A stretch of DNA of 64,000 bases from Felis catus (GCF_018350175.1 NC_058368.1:43092001-43156000); one strand, 5' to 3'. Shown: positions 1-12,674, numbered from the stretch's first letter. Made by a program: numbers and translations. The notes: generated from the letters alone by a model not told the origin.

Positions 1-651
1 AAGATTGTTGGGATGGATCAGATTATAAAAAATTTACTCATAAGAGACACACCTTAAATGTAAATATCCAGAAATATCAAAATTGAAAAGATGGAAAAAG
101 ATATTCTCTGCAAACAGTAACCAAAAGAAATCTGAGAGACCTATATTAATTATAGTAAAAGTAAACTCCACAGAAGCATTATTAGAATGCTTCATAATGA
201 TAAAAAGGTATATCTCCAGGAAAATAAATAAATCAAATTTGCATGCAGTTAAATTCATGCTTTTAAAATATATCAGGCAAAAATTGCCATTTCTAAAAGT
301 ATGAATAGATAATTCCACAACCATTGTGAGTTATTTTCAGTACTTCTCTGAGAACTTGACAGAGTAAGTAGACCTAAAATTATTATAGACAGAAGATTTG
401 ACCAACATGATTTAAAAACTTAACCCTAATTAACACATATAGAATAATGTATCCAAAAGCTGGAGAACACATTATTTTCAAGTGCACCTAAAAGTTACCA
501 AAATTGATCACATAATAAGTCACAGAATAACATTTCAACAAAGTACTAAGGACTTAAATTATATACAGTAATACCAGTGAAACTAAAAAAATAATTTCAA
601 AATATACCTAGAAATATTTGAAAATTAAGCAATGTGTTTCCAATCTACCCA
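1..651 (+). mobile_element. Old LINE-1 fragment, ORF2 endonuclease region (degraded)
   Basis: Translation KRWKKIFSANSNQKKSERPILI resembles the L1 ORF2 EN motif (WKKIFHAN.NQKKAGVAILI). Frame is broken; L1-like sequence resumes briefly at ~1144-1200 after the LTR. Confidence 0.8.
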
Positions 652-1143
652 TGTTATGATAGCTAATTTCATGTATCAACTTGACTGGATCATGAGACGT
701 CAAGATATTTGATCTAACATTATTTCTGGGTGTGTTTGTATGGATGTTTCTGGATGAGATTAGAATCTTAATTGGCATATTGAGTACAATAGATTGTTCT
801 CTTCAGTGTGGGTAGGTATCATCTCATGGAGGGCCTGCAGAGTTAAAATGTGGAGAAAGAGTAAATTTGCTCTCACTCTGATTATGTGAGCTAAGCCATT
901 TATCTTCTCCTGCCTTTGGACACTGGGACTTACACGATTGGCACTGCAGTTCTCAGAACTATACCACAAGCTTTCCTGTGTCTCCAGCCTGCCTGCAGAC
1001 AGCATTTTATATACATAATCTAAAGCTACATTATATTATTTTGTTAATATATTAGATATTATCATCATGTATATGTAATATTACATATTATATTATATAT
1101 GTAAATATATTATTGGTTCTCTTTTCCAGATAACTCTAATACA
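652..1143 (+). mobile_element. MLT2-type (ERVL) solo LTR
   Basis: Begins tgttatgatagctaatttcatgtatcaacttgactgg and ends attggttctcttttccagataactctaataca, both resembling MLT2 termini (TG...CA). Interrupts the L1 fragment. Confidence 0.8.
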
Positions 1144-1204
1144 CAGGGAACAGATGCCATTGGAAATTATTTTAAGTTGGGTGATAATAAAAATACAACC
1201 TAGA

Positions 1205-1428
1205 GGGGAGCCTGGGTGGCTCAGTGCATTGAGCACCCCACTTTGTCTCAGTGAAGTCACGATCTCCGGGTTGGCGTGTTTGAGCCCTGAATCCGGCTTG
1301 CTTCTGTCAGTGCAGAGCCCACTTTGGATCCACTGTCCCCCTCTTTTTCTGCCCCTCCTCTTCTCTCTCTCTCTCTCTCTGTCTCTCTCTTTCCCTCTCT
1401 CTCTCAAAAATAAACATTTATAAAAAAA
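1205..1428 (+). mobile_element. CAN-SINE (SINEC, felid type)
   Basis: ggggagcctgggtggctcag head, (CT)n tract, aaaaataaacatt A-tail. Confidence 0.93.
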
Positions 1429-1479
1429 TAGTCATTTGTTCTGGGATTAACCACTTTTATTCTTTTTTCTCTCATTCCA

Positions 1480-2130
1480 CAACTAATTGTCCAGTTATGC
1501 ACAGCTTGCCTCCATGAAGTCTCATCTGCTCCATTATTTCCAAGGCCACTACCAACAAATCATCTCAGGTCCTAATTTTCTCCAGCTTACTGAAAACTAC
1601 TGAAACGTAATTCCTGTTATGTTCATTCATCCTAGACATAGTTGCCAATATAATCTTCCTGATGTAGTATTTAGCTTCCTTATTTGCATATATAAGCAAA
1701 CTGAAATTCATCTTTAAGGACATACAATAAATGTCTCAAATCTGTATTGTGCAAGTGTCATGTGATATTTCCTTTATATAACTGGACTCATCCAACACCC
1801 ACTGTCACCATGCTTTCCTTTCTGACATCCCTTCTGGATTAATGCCTCCTTTTCTGTCTGTTAACCTCTTATCTGTACTTCAAGTTTTATTTCACTTGTT
1901 ACCTTCTCAAGAAACCCTGATGAGTTATTTCCAAACATCTCTGATCTTCCGATTCTTTGATTCCTTGAAGAAGTAAGTTCATTTTAAACTTCTCTGACAG
2001 TGCTTGTATGCTACCACAAAATGATTTGGTTAGTACTCTCATAACCTACTTTACTGTGACTTTAAGTTGATTAAATTATGTTTTACTTTTCTTTGTATCA
2101 TCAGTAGGGTATAATACATGAAGAAGTAGA
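1480..2130 (+). mobile_element. Probable ancient L2 3' fragment
   Basis: Pyrimidine-rich degenerate sequence with L2-like blocks (e.g. tcacttgttaccttctcaagaaaccc). Resemblance only. Confidence 0.35.
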
Positions 2131-3131
2131 TGGAAACATCTAAAGATAAAACAACATGTTGAGATTTATGTTGTCTTGTTTTGACATATTGAAGGCCATT
2201 TAAATTTTTTTATTGAAGGTAAGCTTCAATTCAAGCTGAATTGAAGCCTTATGAACACATATATAAAGAAGAAAATATTTGGAATGAATACATTTGTATC
2301 ACTTGGAAATACTATGAATTAAGTTTTAATTTTGACTCAGTGCACATAAAAGTTACATTATTTTATATAAACATTTATTTCTTTTTACCATATCATGGTT
2401 TTGGAATTAATTTTCTCAGGGCAAACCAAATCAAACCAGAAAATTCCTTGCATAATGTATAAATTAGTACAAGCTTCTATAGGAAAATTCTAAATATATT
2501 TTAGGATACTGGGAGCTTCCCTTCTCCCTAGCCTCTAGTAATTCAGTGCATTTGATAAAATGCCCCATATAATATCTCTAGTGTCTTGCTTTACTTTCCT
2601 GAGAACTTATATAGTGTAGGTGAATATGAGAAGTTTGAAATAGGTTAGAAATTGTATAGTTCAATGGATTCCAAATCCACCTAAATGCCGTACATGAATT
2701 ATAATTTCATTATAGAGCAATAAATTTCAAGTATTGAACACTTCTCCAGTTTATACTTAACGAAGTGGCTATAAATTTTAGTCTTTAATTCTAAGTCTTT
2801 CCAAATGTCTTTTATGTGTAATATATTTACAAGAAAAATACTATTTAATTCTAATAAAGCATTTACACATATTCATTAGCTACTACAAAAAAAACTATTA
2901 GGAATATTTTCCTATTAACTTTTGAAATATCAATCTGGAACTATTATTTAAAAAAACCTGAACCATAGATATATAAAATACATGCTTTCTAATGATTAAA
3001 ATTATAGAATAATATTGTGATGGAATTAAAGGGGATCAGTCAAAAGGATCTAAATTAACTCGCTTAACCTTTGTGTTTAAGAAACTAAAAATAATTCTTA
3101 CTATCATTCTAAAAATACTCAAAATATATTA

Positions 3132-3350
3132 TTTTTTAAGTTTATTTATTTTGAGAAAGACAGAGATAGCACTAGTGGGGGAGGGACAGATAAAGGGAGA
3201 GAGAGGAGAGAGAGAGAATTCCAAGCAGGCTTCACACTGCTAGCGCAGAGCCCAATGTGGGGTGTGAAACCATGAAACCTTGAGATCATGACCCGGGCCC
3301 AAACCTAGAGTTGGATGCCTGTGTGTCTGACTGAGCCACCAAGACACCCC
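3132..3350 (-). mobile_element. CAN-SINE
   Basis: Reverse-oriented SINE ending ctgagccaccaagacacccc. TSD tcaaaata(t/c)att at 3119-3130 and 3351-3362. Confidence 0.93.
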
Positions 3351-3382
3351 TCAAAATACATTCTTAAGTAAAATTTTGTCAA

Positions 3383-3490
3383 CCAGGTGTTATTTGTAAG
3401 TGAAGAATCACTAAATACTACTCCTGAAACCAATATTACATTATATGTTTGCTAACTAGAATTTAAATAAAAACTTGAAACAACAAAAAT
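3383..3490 (+). mobile_element. Carnivore L1 extreme 3' end
   Basis: ggtgttatttgtaagtgaagaatcactaaatactactcctgaaaccaatatt...aataaaaa. The same 3' end occurs at 26955-27060 (+) and ~61180-61275 (-). Confidence 0.85.
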
Positions 3491-3638
3491 AATGAGTCAT
3501 AAAAATTTTTTGATAGAGTGACTGCTTTGTTTTACTCTGAATAATTTATTTTCAATTAATTGTATTTATTCCATTTTGAGGAACAGGAATTCTCCATGGA
3601 AAAATGAAATTTTATTTATAAAGCAAAATGATCAATAT

Positions 3639-4056
3639 TGATGTGGGAAACAAAGGCAGAAGGAAATGAAGATAAAATTAAGTTTTCTTACAACTTGCAG
3701 TTCATTGACAAATACTTGAGGCAGGCAGAGTACAACATTCCTCCAGGAACCCCCACTGTCTTAATGTTAATGCTTTGCTAGAGAGAAAACAACTTTAGCT
3801 TGCCTACAGGTAGGCCTCCAAGATCCTGTGAATCTTCTTTAGCATATGAAAACCCTTTTGGTAACTTCCTTTTGTCTTTACCTCCCCCAACTCCCAAATA
3901 TATAATCAGTCACCTCTCACACTTGTAATGCAGCTCTTTCTGCCCATGGGTCCTGTCCCAGTGCTTTAATAAAACCACCTTTTTGCACTGAAGACGACAT
4001 CTCAAGAATTCTCTCTTGGCCATTGGCTCCAAACCCCAACACTTCAAACCTCATCA
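3639..4056 (+). mobile_element. Solo ERV LTR (418 bp)
   Basis: Inverted termini tgatg...catca, flanking direct repeat aatat (3634-3638 and 4057-4061), TATATAA near 3899-3906, AATAAA at 3968-3973. Confidence 0.8.
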
Positions 4057-5399
4057 AATATCAGGTACTTGAAATATTTAATTGTGGTGATTCATCAAAA
4101 CTATCTTCAAATAAAGTTAAAAAAAATAAACCAAATATTAAACACCTCATTTTTAAATGTCAGCAAAAGCAGCTTAGATTTAACTTTTCTAAGAGCTTTA
4201 ATTCTATCACAAAATGTTTTGAGAGTTATCTCCTAGGAACAAATTTCAATTAAGCTCCAAAAACTTCCCTATTTCTTAAACCAATAATCCATTATCATGA
4301 GAAGTAAGACAAGAGTAAAAGAGAAGAAAAAAAAAAAATAAAGCATAAAATTAATGCCTTCCAATTTAGACAAGTGAGGACTGTTTTCCTGGGGAAAAAT
4401 GGGTAATGGAAGCTGTAATATAGTTGTGATGAATTTGGAGAAATGTTTTTTCAAAATCTTTCTACTTTGTTTTCTCTATCAGACTTCATTATAGTTCCAT
4501 AGACTCAATCAAATGATAACAATGCTCCATGACCAAAAGCAACAAGGTATAAATCTGAATATGGATGGTAGAAAACATGATCTGTCATCTCTCAGGTGCT
4601 CTTTAGAAGTGTGGTACAAACATTAAAACAAGTTAAAGATAACATGAAAAAATATGAATTTGCTAACCAAATATACAGCCAGAAGTCTGCTAGTAGTTCG
4701 TTAATTTATCTAAGTGATCTGCACACCTCTAACCATAGAACAAGTTTAAACTTGAGTGATATGCCTCAAGGGGAGAGCATACTTCTCAAGACTCTAACTG
4801 GAAAATGTTTACTGATGCAGAAAGTACCCAGAGATAAAGTATGTGGTCAAGCTCCCTTGTTCTCGTTCAGAGAACTGAAGACCTGAACTTATGAAGTAGA
4901 GAATTTAAATGTTTTTAAATAATCAGGAAGAGGTGCAGGTGCACCGAGATTATTATTTGATCATCAGCACTTAAGGTAATAGGAAAACTACCACATGAAT
5001 CAGCAATATAAATAAACTGCTAACAGGAAGAGAGAATATATAATTCCAAATTGGATAAAATATCAATAATCATGAAAAGTTTGTAATCCAAATAAACTTA
5101 AAGTACTTGTTCTGAATTTTATTAAGTAAAACATGAAAAATTAATAAGAAAATTAAGTTAAAAGAAAATAAAGCTGACAGAAATAAGATTGATAATGAAA
5201 CTTCAAATCTTTAAAATGCAAATGGAAGAAATGATGAATAAAGATTCTAGGGAAAGAAATGTTTTGGAATATAGATTTAAAAACATTACTGTCTAAAGTC
5301 AGTAAATACACTACTATAGATAAATGTATCTATGTAAAGATATAATTACTTTATACAGAAGTTATGACTCATTTGGTGGTCAGAGATTTGGTAAAAGCA

Positions 5400-6720
5400 A
5401 GACTGAAAGATTGTAATGAGGATAGCTAAACAAAATTATGTGAATGGGCTTATCAGAATAAACACCAAGTGTGATAGTATGTATTAGTATGAATGCTACC
5501 ACAGTATACCCACTAGAAAGGCTTTTGATAATTTGGTGGACATTGTGACCACCTGGCAGACTATAATCAACCTCTTTCCTCAGCCACACACATGCTTACT
5601 CAATAGGTTGATGAACCAAGTGGCTGATGAGCCATGGGACTGGGACAATGCATAGTTGCAACAGCAGAAATTTCTCATAGCAAGGTTACGGCCCAAACTT
5701 GAATACCCAACTGGTTAGTAGCAGTAAACTATTCTTTGTCTCTGGTAGGTATTATTCTACAGAGGTAAATGTGCCACAAATCACAGATTGAAGGCAATGG
5801 TTTTTCCTCAGTATCAGAGATACAAATTCTAGAACATTTTTCTTCTCAATAAGCCATGTTCATTCACATAATTTTTTGACTAACTTTATACTGCATTCAT
5901 CTTCTTGGTATACCATATAATACAGTTTCTAATTCTGCAGCAAAGTGATGCAGTATGTACCAACACATACTGGATTTACTGATTTTATCATATTCCATAT
6001 TACTCACACACAATTTGATTTACTGATTGTGCATAGCTTTTTGAAGATTCTGTTAATTGCCATTAAAACATAAAAACCTTACAAGTTTTAGGTTACAGAG
6101 TATGATATTATTCTTTGAATTGGAAACCCATACATACTTCTGTTTTTTCCCATAGCCAAAATGTCTTGTGAAGAGAATCAAAGAAAAATTGAGAATGCAT
6201 CTGGCTCAGTTACAAAATTTTCTCTCAGTCATCTTAACCCAGGAATCTGCTGGGTTTCAGGACTTAGAACCTAAGGAAGAAATGCCTCCACTCAGGGACC
6301 TAATTACAAAATATAATTTTATGGAATTAAAAATTGAGGCAGCCACCACCCTTTGGGTAGAATTCCTCATCCCGCTGGAGAAACAGTAACTTGTTGGTCA
6401 TTGTGATTGAGACTTAATATGAATAGATATCAGAATTTCTATCATATAAGGTCTCAGGGAGGTTATGTGCAGTATCCAGGAAATTCTTTGGAGTCATTTC
6501 TAGTACTGTCATATTAATTGGACATTGTAAAAGGAAGATCACAGAAACCCCATATGGGCAAGTCTACCAAGATTTTAGACACTTTGGAAATAGAAAGAAA
6601 AAACTCCAGCATCTTAAGTCCTCTGCAGGGTAAAAGGACCCAAGTAAATAGTTGGGAAAGGTAGCTATAAGTAACACCTCACCCTTGTGACCAGCTAATG
6701 AAATAAAGATTGAAGTAGCT
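5400..6720 (+). mobile_element. ERVL/MaLR-class internal relic (RNase H end, integrase and dUTPase region), heavily degraded
   Basis: Colinear blocks resembling ERVL pol: ctctttcctcagccac, gatgaaccaagtggc (integrase HHCC region), ccatagcc...gaatcaa, AGFQDLEPKEEMPP..D..KLKIEAA (dUTPase-like, ORF 6168-6389), and ggtagctataa...gtgaccag near the end. Confidence 0.65.
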
Positions 6721-7951
6721 TTTCATATTTTCTTCTATTTATTTCCAAATTATGTTTGCATATATTAATTTTATATATTATTTTATTTTCCCCACTTACA
6801 CCAATATTTATGTTGTTGGTGATTATCACTATAATTTAGCTCACAGCTTATATTACATGAAATTCAAAATCTGATTATATTTAAGAAAAGAACATCACTC
6901 AAAACTGAGCAGAGTTTGGTCTCCTTATTTACAGAAGGAATGAGGATATTTTAATATGTGTAGCATTGAGGGTTTTTTTGTTATACCTGTGTCACAAACA
7001 ATAAGAAAGGGTATTCTACATACCTTTGAGTTTTCAATATTTGAAATATTTGTCCGATAGCATTATTTACCTTAGGAAGAAAATTATCTGCTTATTTCAT
7101 TAAAACTAGAGAAAGCATTCTACCTTCCAAAAAGAAAAAAAAAAAAAGAGAGAAACCAAAAGTTGAAATGAGAAAATATGAAAATAATTCAGATATGAGA
7201 AAAAGAGACACTGGTGAACATTTTGAAATTATACCCTCGATATCCTTGATATTTATGATTTAGCTCTTAGAAAATTATTTTTTAGCTTCAAGTTGGTAAT
7301 TTGTACTATTATCATTTTTTGTATATTGCTATAAAATTTCTCTTTCCAGCTTTTAAATTTATTTTATAAATCAATGTAGAACACTTAATGGATAAAATGA
7401 TCTATTCATTTTCCCAAACATTTAAAGGAAGATAAACATTAAATAAGAATTTATAAATCAGTAATATAGTATATGTCTACATTTAGGTTTTAAAAAATGT
7501 GGATGATTCTGAAACAAGTGGTTGATTATGTGTTAAAACTAGTGTGTACTTGCAATTCTAACAAATTTTAAAATGAAAGTTAATTTTTTTCTAGAGTTTT
7601 TTGTGGAAAGCGTGCTCTATCATCTCTATTCATAGATGTATCCACTTATTAATTGATATTCTAATATTAACTAATGTGTTAAATAAAATTCTTACAAATT
7701 TGATCATAGTTTATGGAATTTCTCTCCAGATTATATGTGACCTAATGTTTTTATGATAAACCTATAAAGGTGAAACAAATATCAATTTATTTATTTATTT
7801 TATATTCCCCTAAGTTTATTTTAACAATATTTAAACATACTTTATATTTTGAACATGGGATTTTTTTTTTAAAGATCTTTATTCTCTTTTAATCTCTGAA
7901 CATCCCCCAGGTTTGTTTTCTTAAGATGTGGAAAGCAGAAGTTCACTTCTT

Positions 7952-10098
7952 CTTTTTTTTTTTTTTTATATGAAATTTATTGACAAATTAGTTTCCATAC
8001 AACACCCAGTGCTCATCCAAAAGGTGCCCTCCTCAATACCCATCACCCACCCTCTCCTCCCTCCCACCCCCCATCAACCCTCAGTTTGTTCTCAGTTTTT
8101 AACAGTCTCTTATGCTTTGGCTCTCTCCCACTCTAACCTGTTTTTTTTTTTTTTCCTTCCCCTCCCCCATGGGTTCCTGTTAATTTTTCAGGGTCCACAT
8201 AAGAGTGAAACCATATGGTATCTGTCTTTCTCTGTATGGCTTATTTCACTTAGCATCACACTCTCCAGTTCCATCCACATTGCTACAAATGGCCATATTT
8301 CATTCTTTCTCATTGCCACGTAGTATTCCATTGTGTATATAAACCACAATTTCTTTATCCATTCATCAGTTGATGGACATTTAGGCTCTTTCCATAATTT
8401 GGCTATTGTTGAGAGTGCTGCTATGAACATTGGGGTACAAGTGGCCCTATGCATCAGTACTCCTGTATCCCTTGGATAAATTCCTAGCAGTGCTATTGCT
8501 GGGTCATAGGGTAGGTCTATTTTTAATTTTCTGAGGAACCTCCACACTGCTTTCCAGAGCGGCTGCACCAATTTGCATTCCCACCAACAGTGCAAGAGGG
8601 TTCCCGTTTCTCCACATCCTCTCCAGCATCTAGAGTCTCCTGATTTGTTCATTTTGGCCACTCTGACTGGCGTGAGGTGATACCTGAGTGTGGTTTTGAT
8701 TTGTATTTCCCTGATAAGGAGCGACGCTGAACATCTTTTCATGTGCCTGTTGGCCATCCGGATGTCTTCTTTAGAGAAGTGTCTATTCATGTTTTCTGCC
8801 CATTTCTTCACTGGGTTATTTGTTTTTCGGGTGTGGAGTTTGGGGAGCTCTTTATAGATTTTGGATACTAGCCCTTTGTCCGATATGTCATTTGCGAATA
8901 TCTTTTCCCATTCCGTTGGTTGCCTTTTAGTTTTGTTGGTTGTTTCCTTTGCTGTGCAGAAGCTTTTTATCTTCATAAGGTCCCAGTAATTCACTTTTGC
9001 TTTTAATTCCCTTGCCTTTGGGGATGTGTCGAGTAAGAGATTGCTACGGCTGAGGTCAGAGAGGTCTTTTCCTGCTTTCTTCTCTAAGGTTTTGATGGTT
9101 TCCTGTCTCACATTTAGGTCCTTTATCCATTTGGAGTTTATTTTTGTGAATGGTGTGAGAAAGTGGTCTAGTTTCAACCTTCTGCATGTTGCTGTCCAGT
9201 TCTCCCAGCACCATTTGTTAAAGAGGCTGTCTTTTTTCCATTGGATGTTCTTTCCTGCTTTGTCAAAGATGAGTTGGCCATACGTTTGTGGGTCTAGTTC
9301 TGGGGTTTCTATTCTATTCCATTGGTCTATGTGTCTGTTTCTGTGCCAATACCATGCTGTCTTGATGATGACAGCTTTGTAGTAGAGGCTAAAGTCTGGG
9401 ATTGTGATGCCTCCTGCTTTGGTCTTCTTCTTCAAAATTCCTTTGGCTATTTGGGGCCTTTTGTGGTTCCATATGAATTTTAGGATTGCTTGTTCTAGTT
9501 TCGAGAAGAATGCTGGTGCAATTTTGATTGGGATTGCATTGAATGTGTAGATAGCTTTGGGTAGTATTGACATTTTGACAATATTTATTCTTCCAATCCA
9601 TGAGCAGGGAATGTCTTTCCATTTCTTTAAATCTTCTTCAATTTCCTTCATAAGCTTTCTATAGTTTTCAGCATACAGATCCTTTACATCTTTGGTTAGA
9701 TTTATTCCTAGGTATTTTATGCTTCTTGGTGCAATTGTGAATGGGATCAGTTTCTTTATTTGTCTTTCTGTTGCTTCATTGTTAGTGTATAAGAATGCAA
9801 CTGATTTCTGTACATTGATTTTGTATCCTGCAACTTTGCTGAATTCATGTATCAGTTCTAGTAGACTTTTGGTAGAGTCTATCGGATTTTCCATGTATAA
9901 TATCATGTCATCTGCAAAAAGCGAAAGCTTGACTTCGTCTTTGCCAATTTTGATGCCTTTGATTTCCTTTTTTTGTCTGATTGCTGATGCTAGAACTTCC
10001 AGCACTATGTTAAACAGCAGCGGTGAGAGTGGGCATCCTTGTCGTGTTCCTGATCTCAGGGAAAAAGCTCTCAGTTTTTCCCCGTTGAGGATGATGTT
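7952..10098 (-). mobile_element. Young felid LINE-1, 5'-truncated (~2.15 kb)
   Basis: Poly-T at 7954-7967, L1 3'UTR, uninterrupted ORF2 C-terminal part, truncation at 10098. TSD atgggatttt at 7855-7864 and 10099-10108. Confidence 0.98.
8188..10098 (-). pseudogene. LINE-1 ORF2 C-terminal ~636 aa (part of reverse transcriptase and Cys-rich domain); no promoter, ORF1 or endonuclease
   Basis: ORF 8188..10131 contains RT motifs [24 protein letters not shown] and the C-terminal CWRGC..HCWWEC. The first ~11 residues come from flanking DNA. Confidence 0.95.
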
Positions 10099-10580
10099 AT
10101 GGGATTTTAAATATAAAGAGAATATCTGCATATATACATCACTTTAGGATGTAAACCTTAATTTTTTTAATTATTTGAGTGACATGAATATAGACCTCAC
10201 TGCAATATAAATAAAACCATAATAAAATAAACTAAATTTATAATTTTATAGGTAATAGGTATAATTGATAGGTAAGTTCTGGGAACTTCTCCAAAAGTTA
10301 TTTGAATATTTTAAGGCAAAAGAGAATTCATGAAATCAAGCATTTATTTTAGAATTCTCTGTAGACATTCACCATAAACCATATCTAAAATTTAAACATG
10401 GTTAATCCAATTTTGACTTCATTTTAATGATGTGAGCACAGTCTGTTTTAGGTATACAATGTAGCCAGGAATAATACTAGAGTGGGAAATTCTATCTCAG
10501 ATATAAATTGGGAATACTTCAGGTAGGTAAGTGTTTAGGATTCCCTGAAGACCCCTCTAGGTACTCTTCTTTTCTTCTTC

Positions 10581-10775
10581 TTTTTTTTTTTAATTAAAGT
10601 TTATTTATTTTGAGAGAGACAAAGCACATGAGTGGGGGAGGGGCAAAGAGAGCCACTCCCAAGCAGGCTCCCACTTCCAGCATAGAGCCCCATGCAGGGC
10701 TCTAACCCACAAACCATGATTATGACCTGAGGTCAAGAACCAGATGTTTAACCAACTGAGTCACCCAGGCACCCC
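10581..10775 (-). mobile_element. CAN-SINE
   Basis: T-tail, gagagagac..., ends ctgagtcacccaggcacccc. Confidence 0.93.
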
Positions 10776-11385
10776 AACACTCCTTCTTTTAAAAATTCTC
10801 AACAATTTCCCAACTCCCCTCTTCCTATTGGAGGTGGGGGTGTCCCAAAGTTCCTAGTCCTAATCCATTCATCCCTGGGAGCTTGAATTGTGGGGGGGGG
10901 ATTTGCTCCATCTCAGATACCCCCTCCAGAAACCATGGCCCTCTCCCAGGTACTCCTTTACAACTGAATTATTGTTCCATACAATACCTCAAAGCCAATA
11001 ATCTAAAAACAAACAAAAAAAAGACAACCACATTAATATTCTCTCCTTTTGTGAATTCCATTTTCTTTATTTCCATTTTATTTTCTCCTATTTTTCTTTG
11101 AACATGCCTTAGGCATGCTATAGTGGTCTTTAAATTAAAAGAGAACATGCCTATACGTACATAAAATTTTAGTGTGATAATTTAAAATGTGTGATATTTA
11201 TTTATATTTCATCACATATATTATACATATTATATATTTATATCTCATTACAAATGAGAATTTATGCATAACTATAACGGCTGTTGGCCTTTTGTATAAA
11301 TGTTACATGTGTCTGTTACTCTTAACTTGAATAAACTAATACAAGTAATATAAGTATTATCTGTGTATCAATAGAAGAGAAAACA

Positions 11386-11546
11386 GGGACACCTGGGTGG
11401 CTCAGTTGATTAAGCATCTGACTTTGGCTCAGGTCATGATCTCATGATTCATGAGTTCGAGCCTGCTTTGAGTTCTGTCTTCCTCTCTCTCTCTGCCCCT
11501 CCCCCACTCACACTCTTTCTCTCTCTCTCAAAAATAAATAAACATT

Positions 11547-11593
<47 letters not shown>
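11386..11593 (+). mobile_element. CAN-SINE with internal deletion and (AG)n tail
   Basis: Head gggacacctgggtggctcag. gagttcgagcctgct joins two gagcc motifs that are ~40 bp apart in other copies. (AG)n at 11551-11593. Confidence 0.92.
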
Positions 11594-11597
<4 letters not shown>

Positions 11598-12598
11598 ACT
11601 TTGGTTTTGGCCTTGGAATCACCAAGGGCAACATCTGACTTTTTTTTTTTTTAATATTTATTAATGTTGAGTGACCTATGTTTTTTTCTATATGAAGTAC
11701 TCTGTGTGGAAATACATTAACTTTTTTTATGTAAATATTCCTCTATATCATGATGGTACTACCTGCAGGTCTATATATCTTTGTCTAGTACAATCTAATC
11801 AATATTTTACACCCAATTTTCATAAATTCTGATTACATGTTCAACATTGATATATGAGATCACAAAAGACCTGAATCTTTTATTCACATATGATACTTAA
11901 TGTACTCTTTAAAATACTTGAAGGAAATCCTATTCTTTATAGTCTCTTACTTCTCATAGTCAACTGGTTTACCTTTCTAAATATAATTGTAATTTCTGAA
12001 GAATTTCCAAAAAAAAAACCCAAAACACAAACCACTAATCTTAGCTCTGAAAGGAAGAGTATGGATAATACAAAGCATTTTTCTTACACAATTTCTATTA
12101 TAAATGTATATATTGAAACCACCCCCAAATATATATTCACATACAAAAATAATTAAAACCACCACCCAGCTACTTGATTTTTAAAACAATATATGCCATA
12201 GTATTTTTATTAAGTCCTTGTGGAAGGTTGCTAGATATGTCTGAGTATTATTTAACTTAGTTACCATGTCTACTTGAGACATATTTAACTGCCATCATTG
12301 TGAGAATTTAGAGAGATTCAGAAAGGTCTAGTGAATGTGTTAGTCACAAAGCTAGTAAGTACTAATACAGGCTGCATGTAAACTTAGTGTGTACTATAGT
12401 TTCTTCTAGAAAAAGCTTCATGGAGGAGAAGGGATAGAATTGGATACCATTTGAAGATAAGAAAGGAGAAGGGCGCTATGCCTAGCTAAGTGAACAGCCT
12501 TAGCAAATTCATGAACTGATATGAAATTTGAATGAGAACAGTACAATCTAGGAAAATAAAATCGTTTTCCAAATATGCATTTCTTCTAATTTCCCTAG

Positions 12599-12674
12599 GA
12601 AAACAATATATTTTGTTTCTGTTTTTGAGGTTTGCAGCAGTAACAAGAAGCAATTTTTATATTCAAATGAGATG
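12599..12674 (+). other. Candidate exon (76 nt), unassigned
   Basis: Acceptor tttcttctaatttccctag, donor ATG|gtaagt, two of three frames open. No recognised protein. Confidence 0.2.

Noticed and set aside
1093..1423. ORFs rich in ER or SL dipeptides (also at 20119, 29283, 39260, 54464, 55628 and others)
   Set aside because: They are translations of CAN-SINE bodies and their (CT)n/(GA)n tracts.
4560..5330. Possible old L1 ORF1 remnant and the 96-aa ORF at 4596
   Set aside because: A-rich and suggestive, but with no diagnostic motif. Too weak to call.
652..6720. A single ERVL provirus linking the MLT2 LTR to the pol relic
   Set aside because: L1 sequence continues on both sides of the LTR and unrelated DNA intervenes. 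No internal leader follows the LTR.
9026..10147. Plus-strand ORFs of 118 and 151 aa, and the 131-aa ORF at 7928
   Set aside because: They are antisense or alternative frames of the L1 sequence, not independent genes.
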